NCBI GenBank assembly: GCA_946185925.1 | Contig: CAMHLH010000001.1 | Location: 1 to 44,480, forward strand | Direction of reading: 5' to 3' | DNA: 44,480 nucleotides | Source: an uncultured Treponema sp. | Lineage (GTDB): Bacteria; Spirochaetota; Spirochaetia; Treponematales; Treponemataceae | Shown: one piece after another, positions 18,996-27,048 of the stretch | How positions within the stretch are numbered: the stretch's first letter is position 1 | Layout of the letters: each line of letters begins with the position of its first letter | The notes under the pieces: generated by a model | Told to the model about the DNA's origin: nothing | Seen by the model: only the letters and a program-made list of their open reading frames with translations | Database searches by the model: none | Position numbers and translations under genes: made by a program

Positions 18996-19946
18996 CTATT
19001 TTTTCTCTCTGTTCATCTCTTCGAATATCTGCTGCTGGTATTCGAAGATGTGCCTCTTCTCGAACGTCCGCTCTCCGCTCTCCTCCGGCTCCCTCAGGCA
19101 CAGCATCACCGCGGCGAAGAGCGCGAGGAACGAGAGCGACGCCGAGGCCGCCAGGAAAACGAAGAATTTCGGGAGCAGCCTCGATATCTTCCCCCCGGCC
19201 TCTACCGCCTTCCACGCGCCCGCGCCGTCGGGCACCCCTGTGACTTCCTCGAACGGGGTCGCCTCCACGACGCCGCCGAACATCCTCTCCATCGAGGGGT
19301 CGATTTTTTCGCCCTCCCTGAACGCCCCCTTCGCCTCGTCCCCGAACGGCCTGAACATCTCCGAGACCCACTTGTCCAGCTCTTCCTTCAGCTCCGCATC
19401 CTTGACTTCGAGCATGAGCCCGCTGTTCATGAGGTCGGCGGCGGCAGAGCCGAGAGCCTGCCGGAACGTCCCGCCCCTGGACAAATCCCTCTCCGCGAAC
19501 TTCAGCGCGGATTCTATCCCCTCCTCGATGAGCTCCGTCTCCGTGGGCATTCCGCCGGCGCCTTGCGGCATTTTCTCCGCCACAGCCACCGTGTCGAACT
19601 GCCCGCCTGAGCTGCCGGGGTCTGGGGCGTGGCTTTCCATCAGAGCGTCCACGGCCGACCTGCAGTGGCCTTTCCCTTCCTTCATGAAGGCGTCACCCGC
19701 CGCCGCCGCCACCGACTCCTGTATGGACTCGGCGATTTTCGCCACGCTGCCGCCCGCTCCGAAAAGGAAGGCCGGAAGGAAGAGGACGGACGCCGCCGAC
19801 AGGACGATGCAGGCCGCCCCAAGCGCAATCTCCCTCTTCCTCGACTCGTACCTCGCGACCGATGTGAGGTACTTGTAGAACGCGAAAGCCAGCGCGGAAA
19901 GAACGAGGACCAGGAATCCCCAAAAAAGCAAACCTTTCAAAAACAT
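18996..19946 (-). CDS. Membrane protein of unknown function (about 3 TM) in the tubulin-like operon
   Basis: Two N-terminal and one C-terminal hydrophobic segment. Tight spacing with its neighbours on the same strand. Confidence 0.7.
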   Translation of the reverse strand: MFLKGLLFWGFLVLVLSALAFAFYKYLTSVARYESRKREIALGAACIVLSAASVLFLPAFLFGAGGSVAKIAESIQESVAAAAGDAFMKEGKGHCRSAVDALMESHAPDPGSSGGQFDTVAVAEKMPQGAGGMPTETELIEEGIESALKFAERDLSRGGTFRQALGSAAADLMNSGLMLEVKDAELKEELDKWVSEMFRPFGDEAKGAFREGEKIDPSMERMFGGVVEATPFEEVTGVPDGAGAWKAVEAGGKISRLLPKFFVFLAASASLSFLALFAAVMLCLREPEESGERTFEKRHIFEYQQQIFEEMNREKK

Positions 19947-19958
19947 AAGGACACCCCG

Positions 19959-21524
19959 CTATCTGAATTTTATCTGAATCGAGCTTCTGTCTTTCATGAC
20001 GAGCTTCACTGTCGTTCCGAGCCTGTAGTCTCCGAGAACCTTATCCTGCCCTTCGGCGAACACGGACGCGTCCCTCGGGATTATCCTGAACGACTTGCCG
20101 CCCGTGCGCTCCAGCGTTCCGACGACCGGCGGAATGTTCGGCCCCTCGAGCCTGAACGGAAGGCTCGCCTTCGAGCCGAATTCCGCCTTCCGCCCGATTC
20201 TCATCGAGTACGCGCGCGCGCGGCCGCTGGGCTTTCCGACGACCTCCAGCCTGACCTTCACCGCGGCGCGGGCTTTCGCGAACGCCCGGAGCGCTGCTGC
20301 GGCGAGGAGCGCGATGACGGCCGCGGCAGGAATCTTTAGCCTGTCGAAGAGGATTTCGTTCGGCGACTTGAACTCGACGAAGCACTTCCACTCGGGAATC
20401 TCCACGGAGGCGGTCTTCGACGACGCGCTGAGCTCGGAGACCACGTCCAGCTTCAGCGTCCCCCGGCCCCTTAGCCCGTCCGGGAGCTTGAAGTTCAGCT
20501 CCGAGACGCGCTCTGCGAGCGGCGGAAGCTCGATGTTCCCGGCCTCCGGGACCATGTCGAACTCCAGGACGTCCGCTCCGCTCTGGAAGACAGCCCTGAC
20601 CGACTTGAGGCTGAGGACCGCATCCATCCGCTCCTTGTAGCCGCTGCTTATCTTCCATGTGAACTTCGACGCGTCGTTGGGAACCACCGTGAACTTGCCG
20701 TCCTCCGTGCTCAGCGCCCTGCCGCCGAAGCAGAGGTCGGAGAATTTTATCGCGCCCTCGGGAGGAAGGACCGGCTCGGGGATGTTCCTGACCCACTCGT
20801 CGAACATCGCGCCGAACTGGCCCATGTCCTTGAGCACCTTGTACCGCTCCGGGTACGCGTCCACCCGCTTGGCGATGCTCTTTATGTGCTCGAGGGGGAC
20901 CCCCTCGTTCTCTATTCCGAGGAACCACCAGTTGTCGTACGAGTTGCGCTCCGGGTCCATGGCCGGGTCCTCGAAGATTGCGTCGGGACTCTCGTAGCGG
21001 AGGGGGGCAGGGCTGTTCCTGCTGTGGAAAATCTCTCCGTCCGTTATGAAGATGACCTGGGGGGCGTACATCTCGCCCGTGTTCTCCGAATTTATGAGGT
21101 TTATGTAGTCGAACGTCTTCCTCATCGCGGCTCCGATGTCCGTGTCGAGGTTCGTCTTCATCCACGTCTTTATGCTTCTGAGGTAGGCCTTTATCTTGTC
21201 CTTGTCCGTGCTGAAGCGCACTCCGAAAGAGTCGGCCCTGTCCGAGTTCCTGCCGTCGCCGAGGGGAACCACCACGCAGTAGTCGCCGGATTCCAGCTTC
21301 TTGTCCACGATTTCGTTGCAGAGCCCGTCCACGATTTCGTCTATCTGCCCCTCTATGCTCTGGGAGATGTCGACCACGAGCACGACTATCCTGCCCTGCC
21401 TCGCGAGCCTCAGGTCCTCCACGGGCGCCTCGACGGACTTCGAAGGCCCGGCGGCCGAGGCGGCGGATGAAAGCGGGGCGAAGGCCAGGGAAAGCGCGAA
21501 CAACTTTTTTAAAACACTGAGCAT
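19959..21524 (-). CDS. Exported, membrane-anchored vWA-domain protein with a cytoplasmic C-terminal beta domain (possibly FHA-like)
   Basis: Start reassigned to ATG 21524 (MLSVLKK, AGGAGG RBS). Signal peptide. MIDAS VVDISQS...TDIG...FITDG. TM segment IPAAAVIALLAAAAL before a ~100-aa tail. Confidence 0.82.
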   Translation of the reverse strand: MLSVLKKLFALSLAFAPLSSAASAAGPSKSVEAPVEDLRLARQGRIVVLVVDISQSIEGQIDEIVDGLCNEIVDKKLESGDYCVVVPLGDGRNSDRADSFGVRFSTDKDKIKAYLRSIKTWMKTNLDTDIGAAMRKTFDYINLINSENTGEMYAPQVIFITDGEIFHSRNSPAPLRYESPDAIFEDPAMDPERNSYDNWWFLGIENEGVPLEHIKSIAKRVDAYPERYKVLKDMGQFGAMFDEWVRNIPEPVLPPEGAIKFSDLCFGGRALSTEDGKFTVVPNDASKFTWKISSGYKERMDAVLSLKSVRAVFQSGADVLEFDMVPEAGNIELPPLAERVSELNFKLPDGLRGRGTLKLDVVSELSASSKTASVEIPEWKCFVEFKSPNEILFDRLKIPAAAVIALLAAAALRAFAKARAAVKVRLEVVGKPSGRARAYSMRIGRKAEFGSKASLPFRLEGPNIPPVVGTLERTGGKSFRIIPRDASVFAEGQDKVLGDYRLGTTVKLVMKDRSSIQIKFR

Positions 21525-21529
21525 CTTTC

Positions 21530-22057
21530 TCACGCCTCCTTGAGGATGTCCCTTCTGTTCCCGTTCCTCATCAAGTCGGGAAGGACCTTCACGGACAGGG
21601 CGACAGAGAATGCCGTGACCAGGACCGACACGGCGGACACCACAGCGACCGCGGCGGAGGCCGGGAAGCCGAACAGCACCGAGAGGACCACGACCGCCTC
21701 CGGGACTACGAAGAGGACCGCGAACACGGCCTCGTAGAGGTGCCTGAAATAGGCCTCGTTCGGGAGGTGGACTTTGAGGACGGCCCTCATGAAGACGAAC
21801 GCCAGGACGCCCGAGCCCACGCAGAGGAGCGACTGGAGCGCGATGGCGAAGAGCGAGGCCGGGCCGAGCGACGGGAACGCGGAATTTTCCAGCACGCACG
21901 CGGCTGCGGCGCGGAAGTCCACGGAGCCGCCCGTGAAGAGCTCGACCAGGCCGAACTTGGAAAGAAGCAGAAGCGGAACGCAGACTGCGAGGGATGCGGA
22001 CATGCAGGCGAGTCCCGCCAGAAGCCCGAATATGACGGAGATGACGAATTTCTTCAT
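21530..22057 (-). CDS. Four-TM membrane protein, first gene of the tubulin-like operon
   Basis: 175 aa and largely hydrophobic. Ends 5 bp before the vWA gene start. Confidence 0.75.
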   Translation of the reverse strand: MKKFVISVIFGLLAGLACMSASLAVCVPLLLLSKFGLVELFTGGSVDFRAAAACVLENSAFPSLGPASLFAIALQSLLCVGSGVLAFVFMRAVLKVHLPNEAYFRHLYEAVFAVLFVVPEAVVVLSVLFGFPASAAVAVVSAVSVLVTAFSVALSVKVLPDLMRNGNRRDILKEA

Positions 22058-22123
22058 TGCGAACTACCTTTTTTCCCATCAAGGGGAATCTCTAAAAACT
22101 CCATTTTTTAAAGGGTGTTTTAC

Positions 22124-22153
22124 AGTTTACATACGAATCGGCTTTCTTGTCAA
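22124..22153 (-). promoter_or_regulatory. Sigma-70-type promoter for the six-gene tubulin-like operon
   Basis: Minus strand TTGACA (22153-22148), 18 bp spacer, TAAACT (22129-22124). Confidence 0.55.
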
Positions 22154-22263
22154 AAAAGGAACGGTCTCAGGAAATTTTTTCAGTCCCGCCACAGATTTCC
22201 ACCGAAACTGAAAATGACGTATAATCTAAGGAAACAACAAAAGAATCATCTGGAGAAAATGAC

Positions 22264-22812
22264 ATGGAAGACAACATAGTCGTAATACCGAATTTCAACG
22301 ACAGGTGGGACAAGGACCTGCGATTGACGCTTTCGAGGGACACCGAGATGAGGAACGTGCTCCACGTTTTCTTGAAGGGCAGGATAGACACCTACAACGC
22401 GGAATTCTTCCAGGGAAGGCTGGACAAGATACTCGAATACGGCTTCGTCAAGCTGGTTTTCAGGTGCTCCTCCCTGGAGTACGTGTCTTCCTCTGGACTT
22501 GGGGCGTTCGTCACCGCCCACCAGAAGTTCCAGCAGAAGGGGGGGCTCTTCGTGTTCACCGACCTGCAGCCGAAGGTCCTGGAGGTCTTCCAGCTTCTCG
22601 GCTTCAACAGGCTCTTCTGCATAGCGAACGACGCGATGGACGCGAACTTTTTCCTGAGGGGTGGCGGAGACCCGAAGAAGGCAGTCTTCCCGCTCTCGTT
22701 CAAGTGCCCAATCTGCGAGAAGACGCTGGTCGCGAAGAAGAGCGGCCGCTTCCGCTGCTCGAACTGCAAGTCGGTCATATCGGTAGGCGACGACGGACAG
22801 GTCTCGTTCTGA
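22264..22812 (+). CDS. STAS-domain anti-sigma-factor antagonist with C-terminal Zn ribbon
   Basis: LKGRIDTYNA, LEYVSSSGLG (phospho-Ser loop), VLEVFQLLGF. CPIC...CSNC tail. Confidence 0.88.
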   Translation: MEDNIVVIPNFNDRWDKDLRLTLSRDTEMRNVLHVFLKGRIDTYNAEFFQGRLDKILEYGFVKLVFRCSSLEYVSSSGLGAFVTAHQKFQQKGGLFVFTDLQPKVLEVFQLLGFNRLFCIANDAMDANFFLRGGGDPKKAVFPLSFKCPICEKTLVAKKSGRFRCSNCKSVISVGDDGQVSF

Positions 22813-22819
22813 AAAGAAG

Positions 22820-22868
22820 AAGGCCCTTCCAAGCAGCCCCTTTCGGGGACTGAATGGAGGGCCTTTTT
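22820..22868. terminator. Probable bidirectional terminator between convergent STAS and LRR genes
   Basis: aaggcccttcca...tggagggcctt stem with an inner hairpin, an A-rich 5' flank and a 3' T-run. Confidence 0.7.
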
Positions 22869-22908
22869 CATGCGCCGTTCAATCCGCGTTCAATCAGCGG
22901 TCAATCCG

Positions 22909-24315
22909 TCACTTCGCGTCGACCGCGTTCGGAACGTAGCTGTCCACGGTTCCGACGTAGTAGTCCGGGAGGTTCTCGACCGGGCAGCCGTAGAAGGCCT
23001 GCCTGCCGATTTTCACGAGGGATTCGGCGGATTCGAGCCTCTTGAGCGATGAGCAGTTCTTGAAGGCGTACTTGTCGATAATCCTGGTTCCGCCAGCGAG
23101 GGTCACGGACGTGAGCGACTTTACGTTCTCGAACGCGTACGGCTCGATTTCGGCGATGTCCTGCGGCACCGCGAAGTCTCCGGCCTCCTTGGCGCACGGG
23201 AAGCGGACGAGGTTTCCGCCGTTCGAGTAGAGGACTCCGTCCTCGCTCTTGTACACGAGGTTTCCGTCCTCGACGTTTATCTCCGAAAGGCTGCTGCAGC
23301 TGTTGAAGGGGTTCTTTCCGAGCGCGACGGTCGCCTTCGGAATCGTGAGCGACTTGAGCGAGGTCCCGTCGAACGCGTCCTGCCCGATGGACACGAGGGT
23401 TGCGGGAAGCTCGATTTCGCTGATTGAAGAGCAGCCCTTGAACGCGTATCCGCAGATTCTGACGAGGGTCGAGGGGAGCTTGACGCTCTTTATCTTCACG
23501 TTGTAGGCGAACGCCTCCGTTCCTATCGAAATTACGGAAGCCGGTATCTCGTACGAGTCGCCCTCCTTTCCGGCCGGATACGCCACGAGCGTAAGCCCGT
23601 CCCTTGTGAAGAGGACGCCGTCCTCGCTCTTGAGGATGGAGCTGCTCGCGTCCGCGTTGACTGCCCTGAGGGAGCCGTTCTCCGCGAAGGCTCCGACACC
23701 GTAGCTGGTCACGCCGGAAGGGATGTTCGCCTCCCTGATTTTCGTCCCGGCGAAGGCGAAGTCCCCGATTTCCTTTGTCGCCGAAGGGATTTCGATTTCC
23801 TCGATGGACGTCCTGCTGAACGACTTCTCCCCGATTTTCTCTATGCTGGCTGGGAGGACGACCGCCTTGATGTTGCTTTTGAGGTAGAAAGCCTTGGCCG
23901 GTATCTCCTTGAGGCCGGTGCAGGCGGACAGGTCGAGCGTCGTGTTGTATCCGTCGAGGCAGGACGAGAGCGCGGCCAAATCCGGCGACTTGTCGGTTAT
24001 CGCCACGCTGATGTTTGCGCCCTTGTTGAGGAGCTCCAGGCACTCCGGAAGGGCCTCGACGGTCGAGGAGAAGGTTCCGCTCCTGATTTCGACCTTGTGC
24101 GCCTCGACGTACTGCTTGTCCAGGCTCGCCTGTCCGCCGTCGGCGGCCGTCAGCTCGGAGCTTTCCGCGCTCTTGTCGAGGCCGGCAGACTCCGCATCTC
24201 CCGACTCTATCGCCGCAGCCTCGCCGCCGGCCTTTTCGATGCCCGACTGCGCGTTGATGGCTCCGCAGACACCCGCCATGAGCAGTCCCGCGGCCATGAT
24301 TCTGATTCTTTTCAT
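22909..24315 (-). CDS. BspA-like (TpLRR/LRR_5) secreted leucine-rich repeat protein
   Basis: Signal peptide. Repeated LPxxLxxIGxxAFxGCSSL units and SEDGVLF/Y...LVAYP insert motifs. Confidence 0.92.
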   Translation of the reverse strand: MKRIRIMAAGLLMAGVCGAINAQSGIEKAGGEAAAIESGDAESAGLDKSAESSELTAADGGQASLDKQYVEAHKVEIRSGTFSSTVEALPECLELLNKGANISVAITDKSPDLAALSSCLDGYNTTLDLSACTGLKEIPAKAFYLKSNIKAVVLPASIEKIGEKSFSRTSIEEIEIPSATKEIGDFAFAGTKIREANIPSGVTSYGVGAFAENGSLRAVNADASSSILKSEDGVLFTRDGLTLVAYPAGKEGDSYEIPASVISIGTEAFAYNVKIKSVKLPSTLVRICGYAFKGCSSISEIELPATLVSIGQDAFDGTSLKSLTIPKATVALGKNPFNSCSSLSEINVEDGNLVYKSEDGVLYSNGGNLVRFPCAKEAGDFAVPQDIAEIEPYAFENVKSLTSVTLAGGTRIIDKYAFKNCSSLKRLESAESLVKIGRQAFYGCPVENLPDYYVGTVDSYVPNAVDAK

Positions 24316-24370
24316 GTTCGTCTCCGTTTTTTTTGTTTGTTTCCTGAAATGATAGCGAATTCGCCAATCT

Positions 24371-25774
24371 TTAGCGACTCTGCCCCCCGGCCGCCCTCGA
24401 TATCTCCGACTCGAAGAATTTTCCGCCGCTCCTGGCGAAGTTCTCCGCCGAAAGCTCCGAGGGCTTGACCGCCCGGCTCTCGAACGACGGGGGAGGGGCG
24501 TGCGTCCAGCCCTCCTTCGCCGCGAACTTCATGGAGGAGAGCGACGAGCAGCCCTTGAACGCGGAGCTTCCGACGCTCCTGACGGTCGACGGAATCCATA
24601 TCCCCGAAAGGCTCCGGCAGTCCTCGAAGGCCAGCGCGCCAATCTCCGTGAGCCCCTCCGAAAGCTCCGCCGTCCTCAGCGACACGCAGCCGGAGAAGGC
24701 GCCGGCCTTTATGCTCCTCACGGAGCCTGAAATCGATATCGACTGGAGACCGGCGCACTCGGCGAAGGCGTCGTAGCTTATCTCCTTGACCCCGGCAGGT
24801 ATCTCCACGGACTCGAGCCGCCTGTTCCCATGGAAGGCCGACGGCTCTATCCTCGTTATGAATATGGGGATGGAGAAATTCCTGGCCGGCTTCCCGGCGG
24901 GATACGCGTGGAGGGAGGAGCCGTTCTTCGAGAGCAGAATCCCCTCGTCGCTCCTGTAGCTCGGGTTGTCCGGCGACACGTTTATGGCGAGGAGAGAGTG
25001 GCAGTCGTTGAAGGCGCACTCCCCTATCCTTGTGAGGGCCGCAGGGATTTCCACGGTGACGAGTCCAGTCTCGGCGAAGGAGTACGGCTCCAGAACCGAG
25101 ATTCCACTTCCGAGGCGCACGCTCTTGAGCGACGAGCAGCCGTAGAACGCCTTCATAGGGATTTCTGCGACCTCCGGCGGGATTTCGGCTCTCTCCAGCG
25201 ACGAGCAGCCCTCGAACGCCGACTGTCCGATTCTCCTCGTGCCCTTCGTGAATACGGCCGCCTCCAGCGAGGTGCAGCCCATGAACGCCCCTGCCGGAAT
25301 TTCCTCAAGGGACTCTGGGAGCCTGCATTCCCTGAGAGAGGCGCAGCCGGCCATGAAGGCCTCCCCCAGCTCCACCACCCCGTCGGGGATTTCAATCGAA
25401 ACGAGGGAGACGCAGTTCTCGAAAGCCGCCCTGCCTATTTTCCTGACGGAGTAGGGAAGGACGAGCGTCTTCAGGCTGGCGTTCCCGGAGAACGCGCCGT
25501 CGGCGATCTCCTCGACCGTCGAGGGGACCAGATAGTTCGCGTCGCCCTTCGTGGTCGGATAGGAGACAAGCACCTTTCCGTTCTTCGAGAACGTCACGCC
25601 GTCCACGGACTTGTTCTTTCCCCGAGACTCCTTCTTCTCCGCAGCCGGGAGCGGCTTTGCGGCGTCAGGAGCCTCGGCGTAGCCCGCCCGCCCGCCCGCG
25701 CCCCTGCACGAGGATGCAGCCACGGCGAGCGCGAAAGCGAATGCGGCCGCCCGGAACCTCTTCGACCTCATCAT
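24371..25774 (-). CDS. BspA-like (TpLRR/LRR_5) lipoprotein
   Basis: Lipobox AASS|C. Many IGxxAFxGCxSL repeats. Start overlaps the upstream stop codon (ATGA). Confidence 0.92.
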   Translation of the reverse strand: MMRSKRFRAAAFAFALAVAASSCRGAGGRAGYAEAPDAAKPLPAAEKKESRGKNKSVDGVTFSKNGKVLVSYPTTKGDANYLVPSTVEEIADGAFSGNASLKTLVLPYSVRKIGRAAFENCVSLVSIEIPDGVVELGEAFMAGCASLRECRLPESLEEIPAGAFMGCTSLEAAVFTKGTRRIGQSAFEGCSSLERAEIPPEVAEIPMKAFYGCSSLKSVRLGSGISVLEPYSFAETGLVTVEIPAALTRIGECAFNDCHSLLAINVSPDNPSYRSDEGILLSKNGSSLHAYPAGKPARNFSIPIFITRIEPSAFHGNRRLESVEIPAGVKEISYDAFAECAGLQSISISGSVRSIKAGAFSGCVSLRTAELSEGLTEIGALAFEDCRSLSGIWIPSTVRSVGSSAFKGCSSLSSMKFAAKEGWTHAPPPSFESRAVKPSELSAENFARSGGKFFESEISRAAGGQSR

Positions 25775-27048
25775 CTCAAGCCCTCCCTGTTCAGCACGAG
25801 GGTCTCGTCCATGTTCATGAGAATCGACGTCCTGCCCCTGTCGCCTATGGAGATGGCGAAGAACCTAGTCCCCCTCCTCTTCGCGGCCCGGATTTCTCCC
25901 ACGGCCTGCGCGGGAAGGTCCGACGAGACGAAGTCCGATATGGTCAGGACGTCGGCGTTCCTGAGCCTCCCCCCGGCGGTCTCCGAGACCGCGTACGAGA
26001 GGGCCTGCCCGATGTCTGTCCCCCCGTGGAACGAAGACGAGAGGAAGTCCACTATCCTCCTCATCTCCGGCTCCTTTTCCGGATGCGATATCCTCAGCAC
26101 CTCGAACTTCACTGAGAACGACACGACGAGCGTCGCCCTCTTCTCCCTGCCCGCGGCCCCTATCACGGCGAGGGCTGCGGCCTTGGACACGGCCTCCGGG
26201 ATTCCGTGCATCGAGCCGCTGGTGTCGAGGCAGACAATCACGGGCCCCTTGTCCTTGTCGCTACCGTCGGCCGCGCTCCTGTCTGGGGCCGGCCTGTAGC
26301 AGAGCACCTGCCTGTCGGCTAGCCGCCTGAGAAATTCTGTCCGCGTACGACCCCCGGCGTAGAGGGCAAGCTCGGAGGGGAGTATCGTCTTGAGGTTGTC
26401 CGAGTTGTAGATTCCGTCGTAGGAGACGGCCGGCCGGCTTCCGTCGGCCTTCATGTCCGCCCTGGCGAGGGTCCTTGAGTGCCTGCCGATTCTCTCGGCG
26501 AGGGACATGAGCCTTTCGTTCCTGGAGAGCATTCCCGCGTACCTATCGACCAGGTCGAACGCAGACCTCGTGAAGCTTCCCTCGGCCGACTTTCCCGCAC
26601 CCCAGCCGATGGCCGTCCTGTCCACGCTCTCAAGCCCCATGCTTTCGAGCGTCCTCATGTACGCCGTGGCCGACTCGATTCTGTCGAGGAGCCTGCTGTC
26701 CACGGCGTTTTCGCGCGAGCCGTCGAGCGGGCCCTGTCCGCCGAGCCTCCGGCTCAGCTCCGCTGCGAGAATCCTTTCGAGGGCCATTATCTGTATCAGG
26801 ACGCTGGAGAATTCGAATTCGAGGACGAACCTGTTCCCCCGGAGTCCGCTCTTGAGGGTCTCAAGCAGCCCGGAGAAGCTTCCGCTCCTTATTCCATAGT
26901 CCTCCCCGCTTGTCATCGAGTCCGAGAAATTCCTGAGGTCCTCTATGAACCTCTCGTTGTCCTCCGTCTCCCCGAACCGCTGCAGGAAGTCGTCCCTGAG
27001 GGTCTCCAGCCTGGAGAGCAGAATCTTCCTTGTCGCCGCCATAGCCAT
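25771..27048 (-). CDS. viaA: ViaA-like vWA-domain protein
   Basis: NLKTILPSELA, KGPVIVCLDTSGSMHG, FHGGTD and ISDF motifs. Directly downstream of a RavA-like ATPase. Confidence 0.85.
   Translation of the reverse strand: MAMAATRKILLSRLETLRDDFLQRFGETEDNERFIEDLRNFSDSMTSGEDYGIRSGSFSGLLETLKSGLRGNRFVLEFEFSSVLIQIMALERILAAELSRRLGGQGPLDGSRENAVDSRLLDRIESATAYMRTLESMGLESVDRTAIGWGAGKSAEGSFTRSAFDLVDRYAGMLSRNERLMSLAERIGRHSRTLARADMKADGSRPAVSYDGIYNSDNLKTILPSELALYAGGRTRTEFLRRLADRQVLCYRPAPDRSAADGSDKDKGPVIVCLDTSGSMHGIPEAVSKAAALAVIGAAGREKRATLVVSFSVKFEVLRISHPEKEPEMRRIVDFLSSSFHGGTDIGQALSYAVSETAGGRLRNADVLTISDFVSSDLPAQAVGEIRAAKRRGTRFFAISIGDRGRTSILMNMDETLVLNREGLR

Noticed and set aside
21525..22082. N-terminal extension of the 707-aa vWA ORF
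   Set aside because: It is an Arg-rich out-of-frame read of the real 175-aa membrane gene. The signal peptide and RBS are at 21524.
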